Source of the DNA: Rebecca billardiae RCC1528
Lineage: Eukaryota; Protista; Haptophyta
Direction: 5' to 3'
NCBI GenBank assembly: GCA_965240325.2
Contig: OZ251223.1
Coordinates: 868,001-932,000, forward strand
DNA length: 64,000 nt
Made by a program: the position numbers and the translations under genes. Numbering within the stretch: position 1 is the stretch's first letter; each line of letters starts with the position of its first letter. This document shows positions 47,735 to 58,523 of this stretch, piece by piece. The notes under the pieces were generated by a model that saw nothing but the letters and a program-made list of their open reading frames with translations, was not told where the DNA came from and ran no database searches.

Positions 47735-48613
47735 TCAGGCGATACGGCTGGGACTGAGCCATTCGCGAATGCGCGGGTTCCACGGGTCGTGCTGCTGCTC
47801 GTTCGGCTTGGCCGCAAAGCCCCACGTGCGCTGGTAGCGATCCTCGGCCGTGAGCGGCTTGCGCACGTGCAGCCGCGCGACGCGCCCGGCCGCGCGTGTG
47901 CGCACGATGACCTGCACGCCGTCGCCCGCGAGCGCGCGCTCGTCGCCATCCGCCGCTGCGCGCACACGCTTTGCCAGCGTGTGCGGCGGCTCGGCAGCCC
48001 CGGACGGACCCTGCGCGCCGATGCGCGCGCGCGCCGGCGGCGGCGAGCCGTCAGGCTTGGGCTCGAGCAGGTGCACCCAGTCCTTCAGGCTGACGTAGCC
48101 GCCGCCGACGCGGAGGCGGACGGTGGTCTTGGAGGGCGAGCCGCCGCCCCAGTTTCGGGCCCGCTCCTTGGTCAGGCGCGCGTCGGCCGCGACCGCTGTT
48201 TCGTGCTGGGTGAGCGCGAGGCTGGTCGTCAGCGCGGCCGCGAGGCTTTCAGGCGAGCCGGATGCGTGCCCGACGGCTTGCGCGAGCTCGACGAGCATGC
48301 GCTGAGTGGTTTCGAGGGCTGCGGCGAGCTCGACGCACCGCTGCTGCGCCGCGCGTGCCTCCTCGCGCGCGCACGCCGTCTCGCCACGCGCCGCGGCCAG
48401 CTGGTCGTGCAGGTCGTTGGTCATCTCGAGGGCCGCAGCGCGCGTGTCGGCGATCTGCGCGCGCAGCTCGTCCGGGCTCTCCGCGCCCCAGCTGTCGATG
48501 AGCTTGCCGCCAAACTTGTCGACGGGGGTCCCCGGCGAGCCAGGCATGGAGCCGCGCTCCGTCGGCGCATTCGAATACGTCGTCGCGGGTGACGAGCACT
48601 GCATCGGGGACAT
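47735..48613 (-). CDS. Hypothetical coiled-coil protein with GAR (Gas2-related)-like motif
   Basis: Heptad region plus VRLRVGGGYVSLKDWV, resembling the GAR motif VRVGGGW..L..(F/Y)L; gene-like codon usage. Confidence 0.6.
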   Translation of the reverse strand: MSPMQCSSPATTYSNAPTERGSMPGSPGTPVDKFGGKLIDSWGAESPDELRAQIADTRAAALEMTNDLHDQLAAARGETACAREEARAAQQRCVELAAALETTQRMLVELAQAVGHASGSPESLAAALTTSLALTQHETAVAADARLTKERARNWGGGSPSKTTVRLRVGGGYVSLKDWVHLLEPKPDGSPPPARARIGAQGPSGAAEPPHTLAKRVRAAADGDERALAGDGVQVIVRTRAAGRVARLHVRKPLTAEDRYQRTWGFAAKPNEQQHDPWNPRIREWLSPSRIA

Positions 48614-48862
48614 CGCGGGGGGCTGGAGGGCTGTGGCGTCCAGGAAGGGTGCGCACCCCGGCGCCCCCTTGATGATGAGTTCAGTTTGACGAACCTAAAG
48701 TCTGTACGATGAATACTCACTTTTCCCCTGGCTTATGATACAAATGTCACGCCTCCGCTGACTGCCTATCATCGTGTCGTAACTGTCTTGGTGCATACGT
48801 AACCGTCCAGTGTTCCGTATTTCCCTTTCCGATACTTGTTGCGCGGCCCACGTATGATGATC

Positions 48863-51097
48863 ATGGCGACGCCGCTCGGCGTGGGCGCTCCCCCCCGTTG
48901 GGGCGCGTGCGTGCTGTGCGCGCTGCTGGGCGTGGTCGTCGGCATGCGGCTCGGGCCTGCGGTGGAATGCCAGTGCGGTCGCGTGGCGCGCCGCCTCGAC
49001 GAGGATACGCCCACGCCTCGATCGGGCGGCAAGAAGCGCGGCATCGTGCAGACAATGAACCGGCTCCTCGGCCTCACGCCGTCTGCGCTTCGCGAGATAT
49101 CGCGCGACCTCGACGCGCTCGAGCTGCAGCCGCACGAGCGCGAGCCCCCGCCGCTCACCGCTCCGAGCGGGCGCGAACTTCCAAAGGAGGTGGGCTCCAC
49201 GTCGCGGATGCTGCAGGAGGCGTTTGTGCGCTTCACCACGTTCCTCTTTGACCACCAGCTGCTGCCCATCGCGCCGCGCAACGGCGCTGGCGGGATCGAC
49301 GGCTCGGGCGCTGGGCGCGGCAGCCCCGGTCTGGACAGTACTCTGAGCCGCGCGGGCACGGAGCTCTTCCTGCGCGAGCGTGCGGGCGCGCTCGTCGAGC
49401 CGGGCAGCACGTGCCTGCTCTGGGACGACACGCGCGACTTGAAGCTCGTGCCCGGCTGCGACCCGCGGCGCGCGTGGGTGCTCACCTTTGCGCCCGTGCG
49501 CCCGGACGCAGCGGCCGCTCTCGAGGTCGTCCGCGGCGCGCACAACACGCTCCGAGGCGATCTGGCGGCGATCTCGAGCGCGAGCATGGCCGGCGCCGCG
49601 CTCGGCCTGTTCGACGCCGTGCTGTGCGCGCAGGTGTTTGAGCACGTGACGCACCCGCTCGCCGCGGCACGCGCGCTCACGCACCTGCTCAAGCCGGGCG
49701 GCCGCGTCTTCTTCACCGCGCCGTTCGTCGAGCGTTTCCACGGCGGCCCCACGGACGGCCTCAGGTACACGGTGGACGGCGCGGCGGCCGTGCTGCGCGG
49801 CGCGGGGCTGCGCGTGGAGGAGCGGTGGCGGATCGGCGACACGCTGCTCGCCAACGCGGTCGCGCTGGGCTTCGGCGTGGGCGACTTCGAGCCCGAGCGC
49901 CTCCACGAGCGGCTGCTCATCCCCGACAACCAGGGCCCTGCCGAGCGGCTGAGCCAGCGCGGCCGGGGGAGCAGCCTGGCCGAGCGCGATGTGTCTGGCA
50001 GAGTGCTCCCGCCCCTCGGCCAGGACCCAAGGCACTGGCTCTACATCTCGAGCGCGCTGGTCGTGCGTGCGCCATGGCGCGACGCGCAGTCGGAGCTCGC
50101 TGCAATGCGCATCCCAAGCAGCCCGTACCGCGTGCACAGCGCACGCCGCGCCAACTCGACGGACGCGCCCGGCGCAGGGCTCGCCGTCGTAGTCATGATG
50201 CCGCGCGACAGCGCGCGGCGGGCAGCGTTTGTCGACCGCGCGTTCGCAGCGTCGGAGCTGATCTCTGAGGTGCTCTTCGCCGACTCGTGCTTCCTGCGAG
50301 ACCCTGCCGAGCGCGAGCTCGTGCTTGGCACGCGCAACTTCTCGCACCTTCGATGTCCCGTTTGGATCAGCATGGCCGAGAAGCGGGTGGGCACCTGGGC
50401 GGCGCAGATGCGCGGGCTCGAGATCGCTGCGCGGCGCTCAGGGCCCACAATCATGCTCGAGGACGATGTGCACTTTGCGGCGGAGGACTTTGCGAAGCAC
50501 ATCCCCCGAGTGGTGCGCCTGGCAGACGACGCAGACCTGGTCTACCTCGGCAGCTGCTACGAGAGGCTCGACCTCGTGGAGCAGTGCGAGGCTGTGGCCG
50601 CAGGGCTATTCGCCTTCCGCCCTGTGCACGCGACGTGTGCCCACGCCTGGCTGCTGCGTCCAGCGGGCGCGCTCAATGTCCTCAGGTCGACCCAAAGCTA
50701 CCTGGACACGCTTCACAAGACCACCGCACAGGTGCAACCTCCACTCGACTGCTCGCGCGCGTATACAGTCGACCCTGGACTCGTGGCCTCGTCGGGCGAC
50801 ACGGCGCTTCTCCCCATATGGAAGAGCCACGTGCAGATGGGCTTTGACACGATGGTGCGGATTGCTTACCAGAGCTCACGGATCAGAGCCCTGCACATCT
50901 GGCCGCAGCTTGTGTTCCAGGCAAGCGGAGCCAGGCTCGTCGACAAGAGCTTCCAGTATCAGCAGCCTCCGCAGGCCTGCCTCCCACCATCTGCAAGTGG
51001 GCGGGAGAGACCAGACATCCCCGGCGATGGCCATCGGCGTCATCGTCTGCTTCGCAAACCGGCCAAGCAGCCGCGCCACAGCAACATTCCACAATGA
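48863..51097 (+). CDS. Type II membrane protein: class I SAM methyltransferase-like domain fused to GT25-like glycosyltransferase domain
   Basis: N-terminal TM; FDAVLCAQVFEHVTHP..LLKPGGRVFFTAPF..HGGPTD; then GTWAAQ..IMLEDDVHF..DLVYLG..CAHAWLL. Confidence 0.72.
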   Translation: MATPLGVGAPPRWGACVLCALLGVVVGMRLGPAVECQCGRVARRLDEDTPTPRSGGKKRGIVQTMNRLLGLTPSALREISRDLDALELQPHEREPPPLTAPSGRELPKEVGSTSRMLQEAFVRFTTFLFDHQLLPIAPRNGAGGIDGSGAGRGSPGLDSTLSRAGTELFLRERAGALVEPGSTCLLWDDTRDLKLVPGCDPRRAWVLTFAPVRPDAAAALEVVRGAHNTLRGDLAAISSASMAGAALGLFDAVLCAQVFEHVTHPLAAARALTHLLKPGGRVFFTAPFVERFHGGPTDGLRYTVDGAAAVLRGAGLRVEERWRIGDTLLANAVALGFGVGDFEPERLHERLLIPDNQGPAERLSQRGRGSSLAERDVSGRVLPPLGQDPRHWLYISSALVVRAPWRDAQSELAAMRIPSSPYRVHSARRANSTDAPGAGLAVVVMMPRDSARRAAFVDRAFAASELISEVLFADSCFLRDPAERELVLGTRNFSHLRCPVWISMAEKRVGTWAAQMRGLEIAARRSGPTIMLEDDVHFAAEDFAKHIPRVVRLADDADLVYLGSCYERLDLVEQCEAVAAGLFAFRPVHATCAHAWLLRPAGALNVLRSTQSYLDTLHKTTAQVQPPLDCSRAYTVDPGLVASSGDTALLPIWKSHVQMGFDTMVRIAYQSSRIRALHIWPQLVFQASGARLVDKSFQYQQPPQACLPPSASGRERPDIPGDGHRRHRLLRKPAKQPRHSNIPQ

Positions 51098-51760
51098 TGA
51101 GCGCTGCCGCACAGCTGATGCGCGCGCGCCCCCCACTAGCGCGATTGTTAAACCGTAGCCGTACGCGCAAAGTTGCGTAGTGCGTATATTGGGGTCGATG
51201 ATATCAATCCGGCGTCATGACGAATCTCCGACGATGAATAGTGTCTTACTCTTAGTGACTCTCGCGTCCCGGAGCCCAGCAGACGCAGTGCGCTGCCGAC
51301 TGCCGGAGAGGCGAAGAGTGACTCAGACTACTCAGAGTCCCGGGGCCGGAGAATGCAGACTTTGCAGACGACTCGACTCCGACAAGTCAACGGTGAAGTC
51401 ACTGCTCCAGCCTGACCAGCCTCGATGACGGGCGGTACTCACGCTTACTCGCGTTACAAAGTCAAAGCCGACCGCGTCAGGCGACGACGGCCACATATAC
51501 AGCACACACCATCACACTACTGCGCACGCACGCTAATTGTAGCTATACCGCGGTATAGCTGCAATCATGGCCTCTGAGTACCCCCATATATATGTACCGG
51601 CCATACTTAGTTTTTGTGACAGTGTCTGACCACTGACAATGCTGCGCTTGAGTTGAGATAATGAGCTATCATAGATCTGATGACGATGTGAAACCGTCGT
51701 CGTCGTCCCAACCGTTGTCCACGCTTTTTGATTTTGGCCCAATTTTGACCGCCTCCAGCG

Positions 51761-53383
51761 ATGGGTGCACCGCTCGGGTACACGGTGGCAGTGGCCGGCG
51801 CGCCGGAGCTGCAGCTGGAGGAGCCGCTGCGCGCGCGGCGCGTCGTGCTCGATGGCTTCCCCGGCGGCGAGGAGAAGCTCGCCGCCGTCGCCGCCTTCGC
51901 GTCCAGCGGCGCGCTCGAGCTCACGCCCGAGTCGGTCGCGGCCGTGCACTGCGCCGCGGCGTTCCTGCAGATGCCCGCGCTGCTCGCGCACACGCGCGCG
52001 TACCTCGAGGCCGAAGTGTTTGGCTCGGCCGCGGCGTGCGCGACGGTGCTTCCGCACGCGACCGATCCCGAGCTCCGGCGCGACCCCGTGTGCCGCGCCG
52101 CCGCCGACGAGCTGTGCGCCACGTGCGCGCGCGCGCTCGCGCGCGAATGGTCGCGCAGCCCGCGCAGCCTCCGCATCTTCACGCTGCCGCCGCGCGCGTT
52201 CGCGCACGTGGTGCGCGCGGCGCTCGAGCTGCGCACGCTCGCGCCGGAGCTGGCGGCCGACGCCGCCGCCGAGTACGTCACCGCGCTGCCCGCGCGCGTG
52301 GTGACGACCGACGCGGCAGACGAGGCGTCGGAGCGTCCGCTCACGGACGCGCCGGCGGCCGCGGAGGCGGCGGAGGTGATCGCGGCGCGGCGCGAGGCGG
52401 CGGCGCTCACGCTCGCGGAGGCGGTGGAGGTGCTCGCGCCCGCCGTGCTGCACGCCGGCGGCGCCCTCCGCCCGCGCCACGCGCTCGCGCTGCTATCCGG
52501 GGTGCTCGCCCACGTGCGCGCCGACGCGGCCGAGCGCGCCGCGCCCGCGGTGGCGGCCGACGCGCGCGCAGAGGCGGCTGCGGCGGGCGAGGACTCCGCG
52601 GGTGAGGGCGAGGAGAGCCCGCGAGCGGGCTCGGTCCGCGCGGAGCACGCGGCCGGGCCGCCCGACGCCGAGCCGCACCAGAGCGCCGCATCCGAGCTGT
52701 GCCGCGCGTGCTGCGCAGCGCTCGCGCGCGGCGCCGTGCGCTCACTCGGGCGCGGCGGCTTGCTGCTCGGCGAGCTGAGGGCGCTGCCCGCGCTGCGCGT
52801 GGCCGACGTGCTGCGCGCGTGCGTCGAGCTGCCGCCGAGCGCACTTGGCGACATCGAGCGCCTGGGCGAGAGCTACCTCGACGCGAGGCTCGGCCGCGCC
52901 GAGGGCGGCGCCGCCGCCGTGGGCGTCGGCGGCGCCGACGCCGACGGCGGTCCGGACGCGCCGGCCGCGGCGGCGACGGCGGCGGAGGCCGCAGAGCTGG
53001 CGGAGGGCGCGGCGGGCGCGGCGGGCGCGGAGGCCGACGGCGCTTGGCTGAGCGGCGTGGAGCTGCGCGCCGTGTGCTCCGCGCTCGACTTTGTGCGAGC
53101 GGCGCTCGGCGCGCAGCTCCAGTCCTCCGCTGCTGCGCCTCCCACCCGCAGCGGCCACGCACAGAGCGGCCAAGCGCACAGCGGGCACGCCGAGGCGCGG
53201 CTCGAGCTGGCGCTGCGGTGGGCGCGGCGCGCGCACAGGGCAGCCGCCGCCGCGCCTCCGCCCGGTGGCGGCGCGGCCGCCCCGGCGTCCGGCGCGCTCG
53301 CGCGCCCGCCCGCCGCCGCGCCCGCCGCCGCGCCCGCCGCCGCGCCCGCCGCGGCACGCGCCGCCGCGGCACCGCCTGGCCCA

Positions 53384-53416
<33 letters not shown>

Positions 53417-56400
53417 TTTCGCGCCGATCTCGAGGCCGTCTTCGCCGCGCCCGCCGAGGGCGGCGTCGTGCCGTACGCCTCGCTCTCCGAGCCGTCGCTG
53501 CTGCGCGTGGCGCTGCAGGAGGCGGTGCCGCGCGGCGCGGCGGTGCGCGCGCTGCTTGAGCGCGCGCAGGGCGCGGGCTCGCTCGCGGCGAGCGCGGCGG
53601 CCGAGGCGGCCGAGCGCGCGGCGCGCGAGAGCGGGCGCGCCGCGCGCGCCGCGCTCGCGCGCTCGCGCAAGGAGGCGAGCGGTCTGCACGCCAAGCTGGC
53701 GCTGGCGGGCAAGGCGGCGGCGGAGGCGAGCGCACTCGCGGCCGACGAGTCCGAGCGGGCGGCGGTTGCCGACGCGGCGCGCGAGCGCGCCGAGGCGTCG
53801 TGCGCCACGCTGCGCGCGCGCACGGCCGCGCTGCGCGCCGAGGCCACCGCCGCCGCGTCCGCGCGCGACGAGCTCCGAGCCAAGCTCGGCGACTTCCTCC
53901 AGTTCGGCATGTCGCGCGCGGACGCGGCGCGCGTCGCCGAGCTCGTCGACGGCGCTGCGAGGGCGGAGGAGGCGGCGGCGCGCGCGCGCGAGGAGGGCGA
54001 GGAGCGCGGCCGCCGCGCGGAGGAGGCGGAGCGCGAGCTCGGCGCCGCGCGCACGCACCTCGCCGAGGCGGTGGCCGCGCTCGAGGCCACGCGCGCAGAG
54101 CTCGACGGCACGCGCGCGCGCGCGCTGCACGCCGAGCGCTCGGAGGTGCGCTGGGCGCGCGCCGACGCGTTGCGCGCGCCCGCCTTGGCGCGCTGCGCGC
54201 GCGCCCCGCCACCGCGCGCGCACGCACGCCGCACGCACGCCGTGCGCACGCGCCGCGCACGCCCTCACGCGCGCGCGCGCGCGCACGCGCCGCTCCGCAG
54301 GCGGACGGGGCGCACGCGGCGGCGTGCGCGCGCCTGCTGACGGCTGAGCTCGCGGACGCTGAGGCGGCGTGCGCGGGCGCGCTGCAGGCCGCGGCAGAGA
54401 CGGCGCGTCTCGAGGCGATGCTGGAGGAGGCGAAGGGCGGCGCGGCGTCCCTCGCGGTGCGTTGGGCGCAGCGCCGCGCGCCCCGCCGCGCCCCGCCCTG
54501 CCCGCCGTCCGCAGCGCCGCGCGCCGCGCGCCGCGCGCGCCGACCGCGCGGATGGCGCCGACGGCGCGCGGCGGGGCCCACCGGCTGCGCGGAGGCCCGC
54601 CGCCCATCTCGCCCTCGCGCCCCCTCCGGCGGCGCTCTCTCCCGGCCTCGCGCAGGTGAGCCTGTCGCACGCGCAGCAGGACGGCGAGGCCGCGGTGCAG
54701 CGCGTGGCCGCGCTCGAGCTCGAGCTCGCGACGCTGCGCGCGCGCGTGTCGCGCGACGAGCGCGCGGCCGCGTCGCACGCTCACCGCGCGGCGCGCGCGG
54801 AGAAGGCGGCGGCGGAGGCGAGCGCGCGCGAGGCGGCGCTGGGCGCGGAGCTCGAGGCTGCGCGCGCCAAGGGCGCCGAGGCGGCGCGGCTCGCGCTCGC
54901 GCACAAGGCACGCCTCGCCGAGACCTCCCGCACCCGCTCGAGCGCGCGCTTCGAGTCGGGTGCCGCGCACGCCGCCGCGTCGCACGAGCTCGAGGGCGCG
55001 CGCGCCGCGCTCGCGCAGGAGCGCGCGCGCGCGGAGGCGGCGGAGGCGGAGGCGCGCGCGCTGCGCGAGGCGGCGGCGGAGGGCGCCGAGGCGCTCGCGG
55101 CCGAGCTCCGCGCCGCAGCCTCCGCCACCGAGCTCGCGCGCGCCGAGGTGGACGCGGCCATTCTCGCAGCCAGGCAGCGCGAGGCCGCGGCCGCGGCCGA
55201 GGCGGCGGCTGCCGCGGCCGCCGCCGCCGCGGTGCCGGCGGGCGGCGGCGGCGGGGGCAGCGGCGCTCGAGGCACGCGCGCGTCGCACGAGCTCGCCGAG
55301 CGCACGCCGCAGCCGTCGCCCGGGCGCGCGGCCGCCATCGCCAGGCTCGCCACGCCCAAGCACGCGCCGCGCGGCGCCGCGGGCGCGGCGCAGACAAACG
55401 GCGCAGCGTCAGCCGCGCGCGCCGCCCAGCCCGCCGCTGCGTCGAGCGCGCCCGTCACCGCGCGCGGCTCGGCCGCACTCGGCGCGCCCAGCCGGCGCTC
55501 GCCCGCCGCGCGGCCGCTCACGCTCCGCGCGCGCTCCGAGCCCGGCGGCGCAGCCGCCTTCAGCTCGGAGGCCGCGCGCGCGCGCTCTGCGTTTTCAAGC
55601 CCTCCCGTCTCACTGGCCGGCCGGACCGGCGGCGGGGGCGGCGGCGGCGGGGGCGCTCGGGCGCGATCGCCGCAGCGGCGTGGGCTGGGGCCCGGCGCCG
55701 CGTCGGCGGCGGCGGTGCCGGCGCGTCTGACCGGCGGCGGCGGTGCTGGCGGCGTGGCCGGCCACGCGCAGCTCGTGCCTCCGCGCAGGCCGCACGGCGC
55801 GCCGCTCACCCCGGGCGCCGTGCTCACGCCGCGCGCGTGGAGCGCTGGCTCCTTTGATGACGATGAGCTCGAGGCAGCTGCAGCCCTCAGCTCGCACTCC
55901 GCGGCGGAGGGCGCGGCCGGGGCCGAGGAGGAGCGCGCGTCGCCGCCGCGCGCCGAGGCACGAGCCGCCGGCGCGCACGGCGCCGCCGAGGCGCGCGGGG
56001 CACAGTGGGAAGCGCACTGGGCGTGCGGGCGCGGCTCGAGCGCGCAGCGCGCGGGCGGCACGGCGGGCGCGCGCGGCGAGGAGGGGGCCGCTGCCGCTGC
56101 CCGCCCGCCGTCAGGGTGGGCATACGACGGCCCGGCGGGCGCGCGCGGCGACGCAGCCGTGGGGCATGTGAGGGTGGCGGACGTGCCCGCTGCGCGGCAG
56201 CGCGCCTGGTCGGACACGGACGGCGAGGGCGGGAGCGACGGCGCACGTGGCGGCGACGACGACGCACGAGCCTCCGGCAGGGCGCCGAAGGCCGCCCACT
56301 CTCTCGACCGGGCACTGGGCGACGCCGCGTCGGATGCGGACGCTGCCGACGAGCCTCACAGCTCGCCCGCGCACCACTCGGGCACTGTGGGCGGGGCCAC

Positions 56401-56536
56401 AGCCGCTCCCTCGCCGGGCAGCGGCGTGTGGAACCCCGCCGCAACGTCGCTGCCAGTGGCGGCAGGAGGCGCAGCGCAGTCGACGCCATCGAGCAGGCTG
56501 ACGCAGCCGGTCCACGCTTACGACCTTTACTACTAG
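51761..56536 (+). CDS. Large protein: N-terminal NPH3-type BTB/POZ domain, Ala-rich coiled coil, disordered tail; exons 51761-54145, 54301-54456, 54656-56536
   Basis: LDGFPGGEEKLAAVAAFASSGALELTPESVAAVHCAAAFLQM resembles the NPH3/RPT2 BTB block; GT-AG introns join the frames. Confidence 0.62.
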
Positions 56537-58523
56537 CAAGCTCGTCATCGCGTTCTCGTTGCGACCGCTGCCGCCGTCGTCACTCACGCCACGGCAGTAC
56601 GGCACTCGGTCCGGACGCTTCCCTGAGCAGGATTGACGCACCCCGGACTCTCGAGTAAGACGGTCTCCGAGTCTGCCAACCAATGGCATCCGAGTCCAGC
56701 AGCATCAGCGACGGATTGAAGTTCATTATTTGACGAATAAGTTAGACGCGGTCGGTCGGTCGGTAGTCTAAGCCTATATCAGTATGCCCGTGTATCGCCT
56801 GTCGTGCGTCTCAGGCTCGGACTGAAAGTCAGTTCGGAGTGTTCGGACGGCTGCCGGTTGACGAGTGCCGATGTCGATGATCGTCACTCAGATCAGCTCG
56901 TGCCACGCGCGCGACTCACGAATGATGGCTTAATTCCGCCGCCGCCCGGAGCTCGCAGTCGCGCCGGAATGAGTCACTAGGTGCCGCAGTGGTCAGGCCG
57001 GGTCCCGGACACCGTTCTGCGTTACGCCTCCTCGGGCCGACGTCCTGTGCGCGGAGGGCGACATGAACTACAGCCCATGGGACCCTAGAGCGCGCTCCCT
57101 GAAGCGATGAATCGGCATAACAACCTATGCACATGTGTATACTACGCCTGCGCACCCGTGCCCCGAGTTGATCGCATCGCGTTGAGCCAGGTGGGGGCTT
57201 ATGCCTTACTACACGGGACATAAGCGCAGAATCAGGCTCATTCTGAAGCGACGCTCGCATGCATGCGCCCCATGCACCGACCGATCGTAGGCGCGGCAAA
57301 GTCAACGAGGAGCACGCCACGGGGCGTAGTACGGAGCATGGCAGCGTTCAAATGCCACGCAAGCACGCGCCGCCCTCGCACGGGAACTCGACGGCCGCAG
57401 CGCCCCGGGGCTTGTCCCCTAAGGCGCCTGGCTCGGGGACCGGCTGCCGTGGCGGCGGTGGGTGCGTGCTCGCCGAGCGTCCTAGCGGTCGATTGCGGGG
57501 CGTTCCGTGGCGGCACGCTGGGCGGGGCGGGCCCCAAGACGTAGGGGAACGTCGACAAACCAGCCCGCTGATGTCTCTCCTCGCTCGTCGCCCTTGCGGT
57601 TGGCGCGCGCAACCACTTGCGGGCTTGAGCTTGTGCCGAGCGGTCACTTCCTGCCAGCCGACTCGACATGTGGGGAGCCTGGGCGCGAGGAGATGGCTCG
57701 GGGAGGTGGGGGTATGTATGCACAATGAATACGTACACGCGCGCTGGACTTCCGACCCCGCACGCCGCCTGAAAGAGGTCACGTTAGGCACGCGCCGCGC
57801 TCTCGCGCGTTTCAAACGGTGTGTGCCGCACGACACTTCCAGAGTCACGGATCACTGATCGAGCTGCTTTTCTGGTCGCCCATAGCACATATTAGCCTAC
57901 CCGACTAGCCCCATGCGTCACGGCCGGGTCTTGAGTGCTATGACACCACTTGTAGCAGCTTCTTGCACGCTAGGCACTGCCACAAGCGCCGCGAGCCAGC
58001 TTCGTGAGCATTTGAACGCAGACACAAGGTGCCGAGGCAGTCTTCAGGGCGTGGCAATGCCATGGGAGTCAGCGTCTGGTGTTGTACACGCAATGCGACG
58101 GCGCGCACACGCGCGACTACGTGCCACAAGGCCGGTGATAGCCGCGAGCCGCCACGCTCACGCGCCCAAGGGTGGTCTTGACGCGCCCTTCGCTCCTCCA
58201 GCCGCCGCTTGGCGACGCCGCCCGGACTCAGCGTCGACAGTGGTCGCGGCCTCCCGGAATACACAGGGGGGGGGGGGGCGTTTTTACCCGCCCAGGGGTT
58301 TGGCCGTTTGGGAGATAAGCCTGGGGGGGGGGGGGGTCCGGAGTCCGACCGCGCCGGCTGGCAAAGTCCGGTGCCCCGGAGGTTCTACGGTGACGTCATG
58401 TCGGCCATACAGATTGGGGCCCTTTTTTCTATGAGTAAATAGCCAAACGGATGAGGCGCCGGTGCCGAAGCTCAATAACTTGGTTCAACGCGACCGCTCG
58501 CGGCGTGCGCAACCCCGCACACC

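Noticed and set aside
52407-55397. Very long Arg/Ala/Pro-rich ORFs on opposite strands or in alternative frames (also 7468-9930, 21081-23480, 21332-24526, 34433-36061, 48695-50347)
   Set aside because: Shadow ORFs caused by stop-codon scarcity in extremely GC-rich coding DNA; no domains recognised.
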